Part shown: one piece after another, positions 48,451 through 58,443 of the stretch
Numbering within the stretch: position 1 is the stretch's first letter
Layout of the letters: each line of letters starts with the position of its first letter
Source: a virus
Taxonomy: Duplodnaviria; Caudoviricetes
Reading direction: 5' to 3' (one strand)
DNA length: 64,000 nt
IMG/VR virus record: IMGVR_UViG_3300037067_010449
Location: 6,143 to 70,142 of that record
Notes under the pieces: model-generated
What the model saw: only the letters and a program-made list of their open reading frames with translations
Told to the model about the DNA's origin: nothing
Database searches by the model: none
Position numbers and translations under genes: made by a program

Positions 48451-49331
48451 ATGGAAAAGACAACGTTAAATATGGGGTGGAAAAAAATAGCCATTACCCG
48501 ACATAGAGGAGAGAAAATAGAACTTAAATCTTTGCCGGGTTATTGGATTATTCCTCAGAAATTTACTATGGACGTTATGACTGAAATCATAGCAAATAAC
48601 GGGATTGATTTAGACCCTAAAAAATTAGAGGGAAAAACAGAAGACGAAGTACGTGATTATGTAACGTCTGTTATCCGTAGAAAAACGGATAATCAAGGTT
48701 CTTTAGCAGACACCAGTTTAGTTAGTGCTATTCGGCTTTCTTTTCTTAATGGTGTATACGATCATAATTTTAACACGCCTAAAAATGAAAAGGGTGAGTT
48801 CGTTGACCCGGCGACGCTCCCTGATCCTGGAGACCTTACACAAGAAGCATATAACACACTCCTAAAGGAAAAAGGAATTTACTTTGAAAAAGTAAAATGG
48901 GATATCGATCTTTTCAACGAAATGAAAACGTATTCGGATACGTTACTTGAAATTCATACGTTGGTAGTGACGTTTAACAGCCCTTTGTCGAAACAGACAC
49001 CAGAGAAATCAGCGACATAACAGAAGCTATTTTTCGTGGTGTCACATACCAACGAACAGACGTGTTGCCCGATGCCACACCTATAGGAATAATACAGGAA
49101 AAATGGGCACCGTTTGTTTATGACTGTTTGATGTTATTAGACTCAGACGGTTGTTTTAATAAATGGAAATATCAGGGGGCATATGCAGATCAACCTTGGA
49201 TAGATATACAAATCTATCAGGTGATCCGGTCTAAGTGGGTGCAGTTACGAAATGAAGATATGGAAAATAAAACGAAATCCAATTCTTCACACAACCCAAC
49301 AAAGTCTAAGTATCAACGAAGGAGGTACTAG
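48451..49331 (+). CDS. Tail assembly chaperones G (48451-49020) and GT (-1 frameshift, ends 49331)
   Basis: Slippery heptamer C-CCT-TTG at 48981-48987; the -1 frame is open from there into ORF 49062-49331. Confidence 0.75.
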
Positions 49332-49334
49332 TTA

Positions 49335-52121
49335 ATGGCGAGACAGGCAGTCGTAGGAATTAACTTCACCGGTAAAGAATCCGGCGTAACAGAGTCCGTA
49401 AACAAAACAAAAAATTCTCTTGCTGGTCTAGTCCGTTCTTTTGTTGATATTAAGGCCATTATGGATGTTGCAGTTAGAGGATTCAACCTGATTCGTGGTG
49501 CGGCCATAGGTCTTGTCAGTGAATATATGGACGCAACAACAGCCAGTACTAAGTTAGGTCAAGTCCTTGAATCTACCGGAAATAAACTAGGTTTATCCCA
49601 AGCTTATTTACAAAAATACGCAACCAGCTTACAAGACATAACCGGCATTGACGATGATCTTATTGGGTCTAACATGGCGATGATGGCAACATTTACGAGT
49701 ATTGGAAAAGATGTTTTTCCCGAAGCAATTGCGAGAGCTGCCGACATGACAGACATGTTCGGCAGTATGGAAGCCGCCACTATGCAAGTAGGGAAAGCAT
49801 TAAATGACCCTATAGCAGGCGTGGGTGCATTACGCAGAGTAGGTGTACAGTTAACAGATCAGCAAGAAGCTATGATAAAATCTTTTGTTGCAGTCGGGAA
49901 TGTTGCAGGCGCACAGCAAATTATCCTTAAAGAATTAAAAGGTGAATTTGGGGGAGTAGCAGAGGCTATTGGGAATACATTTGTCGGTTCTATGCGAAAG
50001 TTAGAAGCTAATCTCGGATTCGTTAAAGAATTGTTAGGTGAACAGATAGCTAATTTTATTAAAGGTCCGATAGATAAGATAAATGAATTTATCGTAACAC
50101 ATCGAACACAAATAACTAACGCTGTTCAGAGCCTCCCAGAAATATTTAAACTTACTTATAAACTAATTTTAGATATTATAAAAACTACATTCGCTAAAGA
50201 AAATATAGGAAACTTATTTAAGCCTATGATTGATGTTTTCTTAGCAACCTGGAGTGCTGGTTTGGAGTTGTTACCTACTATGATATCTGGAATTTTCGAA
50301 GTTGGCGGCCCCTTGTTAGAGATCATTACTTTAAGTCTTTTTAATTCTATTGGTGCGGGGATGGCCAAAGCTTTTAATGTAGACATCACTAAAGATAAAG
50401 AATATATTAAATACAATAAAATGATCGAAGAAGATTACAAAAAGTTAGGTGCTGGACTATCTAATGTTTTTGAAAAGTCTGGGCCTGTAATTGATAAGTA
50501 CATCAGTAAAGTAAAAGACATTGGTAAAGCTTCTTTAGAGGGAATAAACCCTTTAACCGATCAATACGATAAAGACTTAATTGCAATTTTAAATAAACCG
50601 TTAGAAAAAAGTGATAGTAAAGCTGACATTGTGCCCACTGTAGACACGTCTCCTGCTATGAAAGAGTTAACAAAATTTCAAACAGATTTAAAAATGTTAT
50701 TTAGTGGAGGAATGGTTGAGTTAAAACTTTTAGACACTAGCTCTCTTTTAAAATCGTTTGAAAATCTAGAAGGCCCCGCGAAAGAAATTTTTACTAATTT
50801 TTATAACAGTTTAGACGCTTTACATTTACAAAAAACATATGGTTTAATCGACAATACGTCTGCTATACAGGATAGCGCTTCTCTCGCTAAACAGACATTA
50901 CAACAACTTGCCAATATTGGGTTTGGGAAAACAGAAGAAGAATTAAAAAAAGTTAAAGAGCTTTTAGACACTATCCAATATGCCGATAAGACGTTGACAG
51001 ACGCTAAAGCGGCACAAGATTTACTCGCAAAACAAAAATTACAGCAGTACAAATTAATGTGGGACATTCAACCGGCTAACGTGACGTCTCAAATACAGCC
51101 TGTCGAAGAAAGAAAAAAAGATACTAGAGTCGCTGAATTTTTTTCCTCTTCCTTAACGTTAGCAGGGGATGGATTGATGTATTTAGTAAATCAATTTGTC
51201 AGTCTTGTCACAGCTACGGACGCTTGGAAAAGTGTAATGGACTCCTTTAGTAGTACGTTAATTGGAATAGTTGAATTTGTAGTGACACCTTTAATTAATG
51301 CGATACAGCCTTTATTTACGATCATAATTGCTTTAGTGTCTGTTATTGCCAATTATGCAGTAGTTGCGTTTGAGCAGGTAGGTCTTTTTATTCAAGCTAT
51401 TCTTCCTTCTCTTATTGGGTTTGGAAACGTTATAATCGCTATAGCTAAATTATTTCTAACGTTGTTAGACCCTGTTTTAAAGTTAGGTGCCTTATTGTTT
51501 ACAACATTAAACCCTATTTTTAATTCTCTTACGTCAACTATAGACGTGTTAGGTGGGGTTGTAACGATGTTACTCCCTGTGTTTAATTTTTTAGGTAAAG
51601 TAATTCAAACTGTAGTCGCACCTGTACTTGCAACGATAGGGGCGACGTTCACTTGGCTTGTGAATATTCTCCATAATTTTGGGCAGTTTGTAACCAACAT
51701 GATAAACGATTTTTGGAATTCTAAAAATTGGGCTATCACTGGAATGAAAGAAACTAATTTAGCTAAATTGATAGCCGATTCTCTCGCACAGTCACAGACA
51801 AGTATGTCGGCAACGGCCACAGCAACAGGTGCTTGGGCACCCATGATAATCCCAACTACAGATTTTAATATGGAATCTTTGTTTAGCGATCAACAAACAG
51901 TTACAGGTTTTGAAAATATAACGCCTGGAACATCGGGGGGAGGTTTGTATGGAGGTGGAACTACAATAACACAAGTACCCGACATACACATACATCAATA
52001 TTTTAATCAAGCTGTAATTGGAGAAGGTGGAAAAGCATCAATAGGCCGTTATATGGTAGAGGCTATTCAGGAATACATGGGGACAGGCGGTAAAGTAACT
52101 TGGCTGGAAAATCCAGCTTAA
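49335..52121 (+). CDS. Tape measure protein
   Basis: 928 aa, helical; QVGKALNDPIAGVGALRRVGVQL TMP motif; amphipathic repeats. Confidence 0.9.
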   Translation: MARQAVVGINFTGKESGVTESVNKTKNSLAGLVRSFVDIKAIMDVAVRGFNLIRGAAIGLVSEYMDATTASTKLGQVLESTGNKLGLSQAYLQKYATSLQDITGIDDDLIGSNMAMMATFTSIGKDVFPEAIARAADMTDMFGSMEAATMQVGKALNDPIAGVGALRRVGVQLTDQQEAMIKSFVAVGNVAGAQQIILKELKGEFGGVAEAIGNTFVGSMRKLEANLGFVKELLGEQIANFIKGPIDKINEFIVTHRTQITNAVQSLPEIFKLTYKLILDIIKTTFAKENIGNLFKPMIDVFLATWSAGLELLPTMISGIFEVGGPLLEIITLSLFNSIGAGMAKAFNVDITKDKEYIKYNKMIEEDYKKLGAGLSNVFEKSGPVIDKYISKVKDIGKASLEGINPLTDQYDKDLIAILNKPLEKSDSKADIVPTVDTSPAMKELTKFQTDLKMLFSGGMVELKLLDTSSLLKSFENLEGPAKEIFTNFYNSLDALHLQKTYGLIDNTSAIQDSASLAKQTLQQLANIGFGKTEEELKKVKELLDTIQYADKTLTDAKAAQDLLAKQKLQQYKLMWDIQPANVTSQIQPVEERKKDTRVAEFFSSSLTLAGDGLMYLVNQFVSLVTATDAWKSVMDSFSSTLIGIVEFVVTPLINAIQPLFTIIIALVSVIANYAVVAFEQVGLFIQAILPSLIGFGNVIIAIAKLFLTLLDPVLKLGALLFTTLNPIFNSLTSTIDVLGGVVTMLLPVFNFLGKVIQTVVAPVLATIGATFTWLVNILHNFGQFVTNMINDFWNSKNWAITGMKETNLAKLIADSLAQSQTSMSATATATGAWAPMIIPTTDFNMESLFSDQQTVTGFENITPGTSGGGLYGGGTTITQVPDIHIHQYFNQAVIGEGGKASIGRYMVEAIQEYMGTGGKVTWLENPA

Positions 52122-52146
52122 TATAAAAAAATAAAAAGGAAAATAA

Positions 52147-55100
52147 ATGAGCTATTTTGTACCGGCATCGACCGGGTTTAATGCAGCGTTAAAGGTTAGG
52201 ACATCTGAACGCTATTATAAATTACTTATAGACACTAACGCCGATGGAAATTTAGAAGACGTTACAAGTCAGATTTACTTTAACGATCTTGGCGGCGGAT
52301 TTCAAAACGGTTCGTCTAACGAATGGAAGACTGTACTCAATAACGTAGGCGGCACATATCAAGAAGGTGACTTGGCTGGAGCTAAATGTCGAATAGACGC
52401 TAAGTGCGGTGTTGCTAATGAATACGTAACGATCTTTACGGGTTACGTTGACCGAATAGGTGTAGTTAGAAATCTAACAATCCCTAATGACGACACTGTA
52501 ATAATTAAAATGGTTGACTACACTAAGTATGTAGGGACTAACCGAAAGACAGGAAACTATACCTTGATAAACTTTAAGGTGTGTGATCCTTCCGCCACTG
52601 GTTCTTCTCTTTTCCATAAATTAGCGTTAGACATGGGTCTCACTGCTGGACAGTTAGATGTGTCTGCTACAGTACCTTTAACAAAAGACTATATCGGACT
52701 GTCAAATAAAGATGGCGCGTATAAAGAAATCCAGTCTTTATCGGATTCATTTATGGGAACTGTCTATCATAGGTATGACGGTAAACTTCGCCTTATAACA
52801 CCTTACGCAACAGGGTGGTCAGAGCCTACCAGTGAATACAAGTTTGGTGACAGTGTAGATTCTGATATGTGTATTCACTCTATAGAAGGCGGACGTAGTT
52901 CAGTAATCTGTAATCATGTATCTGCGGAATTTGATTCTTATCAAGCGTCTACAGAGAGGGTTGTACATAAAAATGTATTACTTTGGAATGCAGCAAACAA
53001 TTATAACGAGATTCAAGTTGCAGCAGGGGAATACTGGCCTGGGGAAACTGTAGAAGGAAAGAAAGCTACACTTGAATATAAAGACCCTAAAACAGGCGTT
53101 AGTTGGGATATGTGTATAAACATTCCGACACCTACTATCGGAGCATATGGGGAGTCTACTGCTTATGATATTGAATGTGCTAATGGTCTTCTTACTCTTC
53201 ATTCTTTTAATGGTACTGCCGGGACAGACTCTAGCCTAACAGAAAGAGAAGCAAAGGCAGCACAAATTATCTTAAAGAATAACACCGCAGGAACAGTAAC
53301 GATTCGTAAATTTGAAATTCGTGGAACACCTGTTAGAATAATTTCTAAAAACCAGGTTAAGGATTTTGATGCGACAGTTCCAGAATATGAAAGAATTCCT
53401 AAAGTAATAAATGGGCGTTATGCGACAGACATAAACCAAATTTACAAAACTTGTAAATGGTGGAATACGTATGGCAAAGAAAAAAGACAAAAATTCACAA
53501 TTGTTACTGACTGGTTACCGACAATTCAAAAAGGTGCAAAAATCTCTATAGACCTAACATCTACAGCTTATCCAGACGCAGGGATAGATCAAGACTTTAT
53601 GGTTGATGAATTTGAACATCTGTCTCCAGCAGGTAGTTCGATGACTAATGCGTATACGAGATTAATACTTTCTGAGTATCTTGCTTTTGACAACACAGGA
53701 ACTTCTCCTAATGAGAAACAAGACTTTATAGCTGTTCCTGCGCCTGAGGAAATAGAACAGACGTTAGACGGTTACCCTACCCATACAGAATTACAGACAG
53801 GCTATAATTTAGGAGGAGGAACCACTACACCGACTAAAGTAACGATTACGAAAATAAAAGGAATTTTCAAAGGTGTAAATTTATTTTGGGACGAACAAAA
53901 AAACCTAACAAACTTTGATTATTATCAAATTCAAGTAAGTAGCAACAACTCAGACTGGTATTCACTCCGATTTGACGGCGTAGATTGGAAAGATACTCTC
54001 GACGAATACACGCAAGTTTATGCCCCCACGATAACGCATACAGACATACCCTTAGGTGGAACGTCTAGTGACCCGGCGGGTGTACTCTTATACTATAGAG
54101 TCAGACGTGTGACAAAATCCGCTGTTGAAGGTACATTTTCAGACAGTGCCAGTACAACTACGAAAACAGTTAGTTTAGGGGAGTTGGCAAAGAATATAAT
54201 TTATGCTAACAATATGATAGCTTCTGAAATTGCAACGATGTTTTTGTTTGCGGGAGAAGCGGTAATTGTCGGATATGCTGGCACAGGAGATAACGCTTCA
54301 CCTGATGAAGGTGATAGACGTACAGTAATTGAAGACGATGAAATGAGACAGGAAGAATACACGGCAGGAGCGTGGAGTACAGTGAAAGGAATAAAAATAG
54401 GCGGGGCATTGACAGGGTTATTTTTAGCGATGATCGGATGTCATGGACTTTATCACCCGGAATTGCCGCCGACGAGCAATGAATTTTTTCCGAATAATAA
54501 TTTTCTGGTTTATAATTTTGATGCCGACAGTTATGTGAATCAATACGGGGCTGATGATTGGAATGCAAAGGCAAATCAGGGGACAAGCACGACACAGAAA
54601 AAATTTGGAGCACGTAGCTTTTTAGCATCCGCAGATACGGCGACGCTTACAAAATCGACGGGCGGGACTGTCGGCGGTTCTCAATCTTGTGGGCAGTGGC
54701 ATTATATAGATAAATTGGCAGCAGGCGATCTCCTTTCTGGATTGCAATTTGCACATGCAAGTAATTTAATAACCCTTAACCTATCGTCTTCGGACGGCGT
54801 GGCAAGAATTTCTTTAAGTGTAACAAAAAATTCATCTGTTATCTACGCGATGACAAAGGTGTGCGATGTGTCGATGGATGTCTGGATATTTATTGCGATG
54901 AGCTACAAGGCAAGCACAGATACTTTAAGCGTAATTGTTAATGGCACAATATATACTTATGCTTCGTTAGGCGGTTCATGGGGAAGTGGAACTTTAGTTT
55001 TTTCTTGTACATCTATGAACACTGCAAATACTGTCATATATACAGATGAGGTATGCATTGCCCCCGATCAATACGTCAACCCTGATATCTGGGTACAGCA

Positions 55101-55593
55101 CTATAACCACGGAGTCGCCTGGAACACGTCTTTTTCAGCTGCCGATTTAATTTTAGCTTGTAACACTGGTGGGCGTGTTAGATTTGATACAAAACAAGCG
55201 GAAGAAAGCTGCGGCACTCTGCACATGATACCGGAGGCTAGTCGGCCCGGAGACGAAATCTTAAATGGGGGCACTTCATCTACGTTTGCAGATGTTGACT
55301 TTTCCGCTTATACTCCGTACGGTGTTAGAGTTCTCCTGTTAAGAGTCATAATCGAATTTAATGGGAATGGCACTGCCGATTTGGGGGCGTTATTCATTAG
55401 AAAAAACGGGAGCACTGAAACTGATGTACAGAAACTCTGTTATTATCTTGTCGGACACGAAAATTTGACGAACGCCTACGAAGAGTATAGTAGTTTTGAT
55501 GTACTCGTGGAATGCGATTTAAATGGTGTAATAGAATATAAAGTAGATGCTCAAATAAAAGCATCTATGAACATAAAAGGATATGTTATATGA
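52147..55593 (+). CDS. Tail tip/hub protein with Fn3-like and LamG-like domains
   Basis: Follows TMP; YYRVRRV Fn3-like strand; WIFIAMSY...IVNG...DEVCI LamG-like. Confidence 0.7.
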   Translation: MSYFVPASTGFNAALKVRTSERYYKLLIDTNADGNLEDVTSQIYFNDLGGGFQNGSSNEWKTVLNNVGGTYQEGDLAGAKCRIDAKCGVANEYVTIFTGYVDRIGVVRNLTIPNDDTVIIKMVDYTKYVGTNRKTGNYTLINFKVCDPSATGSSLFHKLALDMGLTAGQLDVSATVPLTKDYIGLSNKDGAYKEIQSLSDSFMGTVYHRYDGKLRLITPYATGWSEPTSEYKFGDSVDSDMCIHSIEGGRSSVICNHVSAEFDSYQASTERVVHKNVLLWNAANNYNEIQVAAGEYWPGETVEGKKATLEYKDPKTGVSWDMCINIPTPTIGAYGESTAYDIECANGLLTLHSFNGTAGTDSSLTEREAKAAQIILKNNTAGTVTIRKFEIRGTPVRIISKNQVKDFDATVPEYERIPKVINGRYATDINQIYKTCKWWNTYGKEKRQKFTIVTDWLPTIQKGAKISIDLTSTAYPDAGIDQDFMVDEFEHLSPAGSSMTNAYTRLILSEYLAFDNTGTSPNEKQDFIAVPAPEEIEQTLDGYPTHTELQTGYNLGGGTTTPTKVTITKIKGIFKGVNLFWDEQKNLTNFDYYQIQVSSNNSDWYSLRFDGVDWKDTLDEYTQVYAPTITHTDIPLGGTSSDPAGVLLYYRVRRVTKSAVEGTFSDSASTTTKTVSLGELAKNIIYANNMIASEIATMFLFAGEAVIVGYAGTGDNASPDEGDRRTVIEDDEMRQEEYTAGAWSTVKGIKIGGALTGLFLAMIGCHGLYHPELPPTSNEFFPNNNFLVYNFDADSYVNQYGADDWNAKANQGTSTTQKKFGARSFLASADTATLTKSTGGTVGGSQSCGQWHYIDKLAAGDLLSGLQFAHASNLITLNLSSSDGVARISLSVTKNSSVIYAMTKVCDVSMDVWIFIAMSYKASTDTLSVIVNGTIYTYASLGGSWGSGTLVFSCTSMNTANTVIYTDEVCIAPDQYVNPDIWVQHYNHGVAWNTSFSAADLILACNTGGRVRFDTKQAEESCGTLHMIPEASRPGDEILNGGTSSTFADVDFSAYTPYGVRVLLLRVIIEFNGNGTADLGALFIRKNGSTETDVQKLCYYLVGHENLTNAYEEYSSFDVLVECDLNGVIEYKVDAQIKASMNIKGYVI

Positions 55594-56006
55594 AACGAAA
55601 TACAAAAATAGTTTACGAATATAAAACAGAAGTCTATCCAGACGGAAATCGTATAACGGGCTGGCAACAGTGGAATTTAAACATATACCCAAATAAAGCT
55701 AATTGTGAAAAAAACCATCCGCCTAACGCTGAAATGAGAAGTAATCTTTTTAACGGTGACGAAATACCTCGGTTTATCCTTAACGCAGACGGCAGTATAA
55801 CAGATTCGCCCCTGCCTGAAAATGAAAAGATAAAACTGAACAAGGTGAAAATAACAAGATTTGAAAAAGATTACCCTATAGAACTACAATTAGATATTCT
55901 AATGTTAGGTATAGAAAATAAAAATGACCCTGTCTATAGAGAATTTGACAGGAGAAAAAAAGAAATTAAAACTTTAAAGGAGTTAAAACAATATGCGAGC
56001 TACTAA
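55590..56006 (+). CDS. Tail fibre assembly-like hypothetical protein
   Basis: Position; YP.ELQLD...RKKEIK pattern. Confidence 0.45.
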   Translation: MKRNTKIVYEYKTEVYPDGNRITGWQQWNLNIYPNKANCEKNHPPNAEMRSNLFNGDEIPRFILNADGSITDSPLPENEKIKLNKVKITRFEKDYPIELQLDILMLGIENKNDPVYREFDRRKKEIKTLKELKQYASY

Positions 56007-56412
56007 AGATGTAATTAGAAATCTGGTTCAAGAAGCCCCATTTATTTGTGGGTGTGATGAACCAGAACGTGTTTCTTTTTCTTTTCTTACTATGTACGAT
56101 GCGACGAAAAATACAAAAACGCCGTACGATATAACGCCTCAGGACGTACTTATCCCTAACAACAGGTTCAAATTTTTCGACCTTACGAATGAACACTGGA
56201 GGGCTAAAGACTTGTTAGCCGCTAGAAAGGTTATGGCTTTATTAAACCTTTGTATGTGGTCTAATTGGTTTAGAAAAGGAAAAGTAGGAAAAGTAGAGCA
56301 CGATACAGCAATTGCCCGATTAATGACAGATGCGGAAATAGAAAATGCAGAAATTGACGCAATACTCCCCGCAGCGCAAGCAGCAGTTATGCAATTTTGG
56401 TTGGCGGGTTAA
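55993..56412 (+). CDS. hypothetical protein
   Basis: Translationally coupled to its neighbours. Confidence 0.55.
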   Translation: MRATKDVIRNLVQEAPFICGCDEPERVSFSFLTMYDATKNTKTPYDITPQDVLIPNNRFKFFDLTNEHWRAKDLLAARKVMALLNLCMWSNWFRKGKVGKVEHDTAIARLMTDAEIENAEIDAILPAAQAAVMQFWLAG

Positions 56413-57038
56413 TGACTATTAAATTCATTGAGATTTTAAAAAATACGAACGTTGTCTTTTTTTCTATTTCAGCGGTCGGCACAGTTTATAATGTTCTTTA
56501 TTTGTTTTTTGCAAACCAAATTGTGTCGGCCGATTATATTTCTTTAGCTGCAACAGGGTTAGGTTGTATAATTTTTTATGTTGGGATATGGAAACCAGAT
56601 AAACGATTTATTAAAATACAGATACTTGTTATTTTAATTTGTCTATTTATTAGTTTATGTAAACCTTCTGGAATTACAACATTAACGTTCGTTGTTATAC
56701 TGTATGTGTTATGTTTAGAATACGGGTTGTTTAAAAACAGATTCACGTTAGTTATTATAACGTGCATTATTCTCTCTATTTATTTAACTTGCTCCATCTT
56801 ATATAAAACATCTATAGACGACATTTTTAATTTTATAATTATGTCGATCACTTTAATTACGATATTCCAAAGAGTTAAAACAACACACGTAGATATGGTC
56901 ATTCAATATATGTCAAAAAACAACAAGATTTTAGAGCAATTAATAAATGAAAATAACACGCTCATAGACAAACTAGATGTTCAAAATAAAAAACTTTATG
57001 TTGTAGCAAAAAACAAGGAGATGTTAGACGATGTCTGA
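56397..57038 (+). CDS. Multi-pass membrane protein with C-terminal coiled coil
   Basis: About 5-6 hydrophobic helices. Confidence 0.65.
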   Translation: MVGGLMTIKFIEILKNTNVVFFSISAVGTVYNVLYLFFANQIVSADYISLAATGLGCIIFYVGIWKPDKRFIKIQILVILICLFISLCKPSGITTLTFVVILYVLCLEYGLFKNRFTLVIITCIILSIYLTCSILYKTSIDDIFNFIIMSITLITIFQRVKTTHVDMVIQYMSKNNKILEQLINENNTLIDKLDVQNKKLYVVAKNKEMLDDV

Positions 57039-57267
57039 GGCAGACCAAATTTATCAACTAATAGGAGATGTCGGAGCACTCAAAGAAGCGAATAGAAATT
57101 TAGAAATCCGATATGCCGAACAAAAAAAAGATTTCGACGACTATGTTAGAAATCAAAAAGGTGACAACCGAGCGACCGCACATTTGATTTTGAGTATCCT
57201 CGCCGTAGTCGTGTCTATAGCAGGGTTTGTGACTATGCTGATTTTTAATATCTCAAAAAAACCTTAG
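57031..57267 (+). CDS. Coiled-coil plus C-terminal TM protein (XhlA/holin-accessory-like)
   Basis: Architecture and position in the lysis region. Confidence 0.45.
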   Translation: MSEADQIYQLIGDVGALKEANRNLEIRYAEQKKDFDDYVRNQKGDNRATAHLILSILAVVVSIAGFVTMLIFNISKKP

Positions 57268-57269
57268 TC

Positions 57270-57298
57270 TTGCTTTTCTTTTTTTAACGTGTTATACT
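57270..57298 (+). promoter_or_regulatory. sigma70-type promoter before holin/endolysin
   Basis: TTGCTT-N17-TATACT with TG extended -10. Confidence 0.65.
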
Positions 57299-57323
57299 TA
57301 ACATAAAATAAGGAGTTAATAAA

Positions 57324-57623
57324 ATGGATATTTTAAGTTACGTACAAATCGGATTAGTTCTCGGTGTTGTTATCGTTATCCAGACAATAAAAAATATCAT
57401 AGATGCGGATAGGCGAAGAAAAACAAAAGCAAGAATTCAAGGAAGTGTTTGGTTGTTAATCGTCGTATTGTGTGGCCCCCTATTGTCTATAATTGTGTCT
57501 GGGATTGAAGAGTTCAAGAATTTCAATTTTTTTATTTTTCTTCGTGACGCTTTTATTTATAGTGCTGCGTCTACTTTCCTATACAAAGTGTATAAGGTGT
57601 CTAAAGAGAAAATTATAAAATAA
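57324..57623 (+). CDS. Holin candidate
   Basis: 99 aa, 2-3 TM segments, basic C-terminus, next to a peptidase. Confidence 0.6.
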   Translation: MDILSYVQIGLVLGVVIVIQTIKNIIDADRRRKTKARIQGSVWLLIVVLCGPLLSIIVSGIEEFKNFNFFIFLRDAFIYSAASTFLYKVYKVSKEKIIK

Positions 57624-57664
57624 AATGTTAGACGTTATAGGGAGTATAATTTTATGTAGTTTTA

Positions 57665-58423
57665 TTGGATTACAATTATACTTCCTTTATCGAATATTCA
57701 AGGAGAAAGAATAATATGGACAATATAGATAGTAGAAAAGTGTTAGGTGTTTTTGCGGATTACTGTATTCAAACAAATAACGCAGCCGTAAAGTTTGGTG
57801 AGCGTTATTATAGTTATGACAGTAATAAAGACGGTAAAAAAGAAAAAAATATTAAGTACGTTTCGTGTGGCCCGGAAAGTGCTGCGATGGGTCTATATGT
57901 CTCTGGTAAAGTAAAACACGTTGAGACTTGTTGTGGTCTAACTTTAGACATCCCTGGTGTGCAGTTAGGTGACACTATCATGATGGGGTTTCACAACCCT
58001 AGTAATGAGCCTATGTTTACCGCACGCCGACCTATGGATTTTTCTATTTATCCTCCTAATGAAGTTCCTCAATATTATGACGTACTTCTTAATAAAATGT
58101 TAGGTTTAAAGGAGTCTGATAGCGCTTGTAAATTCCAATACGGATTAACTTTTGAAACAATTCAATTTCATATTTCAAACAATAGACCAATGATGCTGTG
58201 TGGTGCCTTTCCTTGTGGAGGGCACTATGTTTTATGTGTAGGTTACGACAACCGCAAAACAATCAACGTAGTCATAAATGACCCGTACCCTAAACAGTGG
58301 AAAGATGAAAAAGGGTACAACATAGAATTTGTATTTGACAGGTCTACAGGTACGCCTATTTTAACGTCTGTTAAGTATCCAGAAATAAAAGTAAAACTCG
58401 ATAATTTTCTTATTTCTTTTTAA
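57665..58423 (+). CDS. Peptidase C39-like protein (endolysin candidate)
   Basis: SCGPESAAM, GGHYVLCVGYD, INDPY catalytic Cys/His/Asp. Confidence 0.75.
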   Translation: MDYNYTSFIEYSRRKNNMDNIDSRKVLGVFADYCIQTNNAAVKFGERYYSYDSNKDGKKEKNIKYVSCGPESAAMGLYVSGKVKHVETCCGLTLDIPGVQLGDTIMMGFHNPSNEPMFTARRPMDFSIYPPNEVPQYYDVLLNKMLGLKESDSACKFQYGLTFETIQFHISNNRPMMLCGAFPCGGHYVLCVGYDNRKTINVVINDPYPKQWKDEKGYNIEFVFDRSTGTPILTSVKYPEIKVKLDNFLISF

Positions 58424-58443
58424 CTATAGGAGACAACAATCTA

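Noticed and set aside
22460-54310. Hammerhead cores (CTGATGA at about 22462, 23326, 54302)
   Set aside because: All lie inside coding regions with no flanking stems or correctly placed GAAA.
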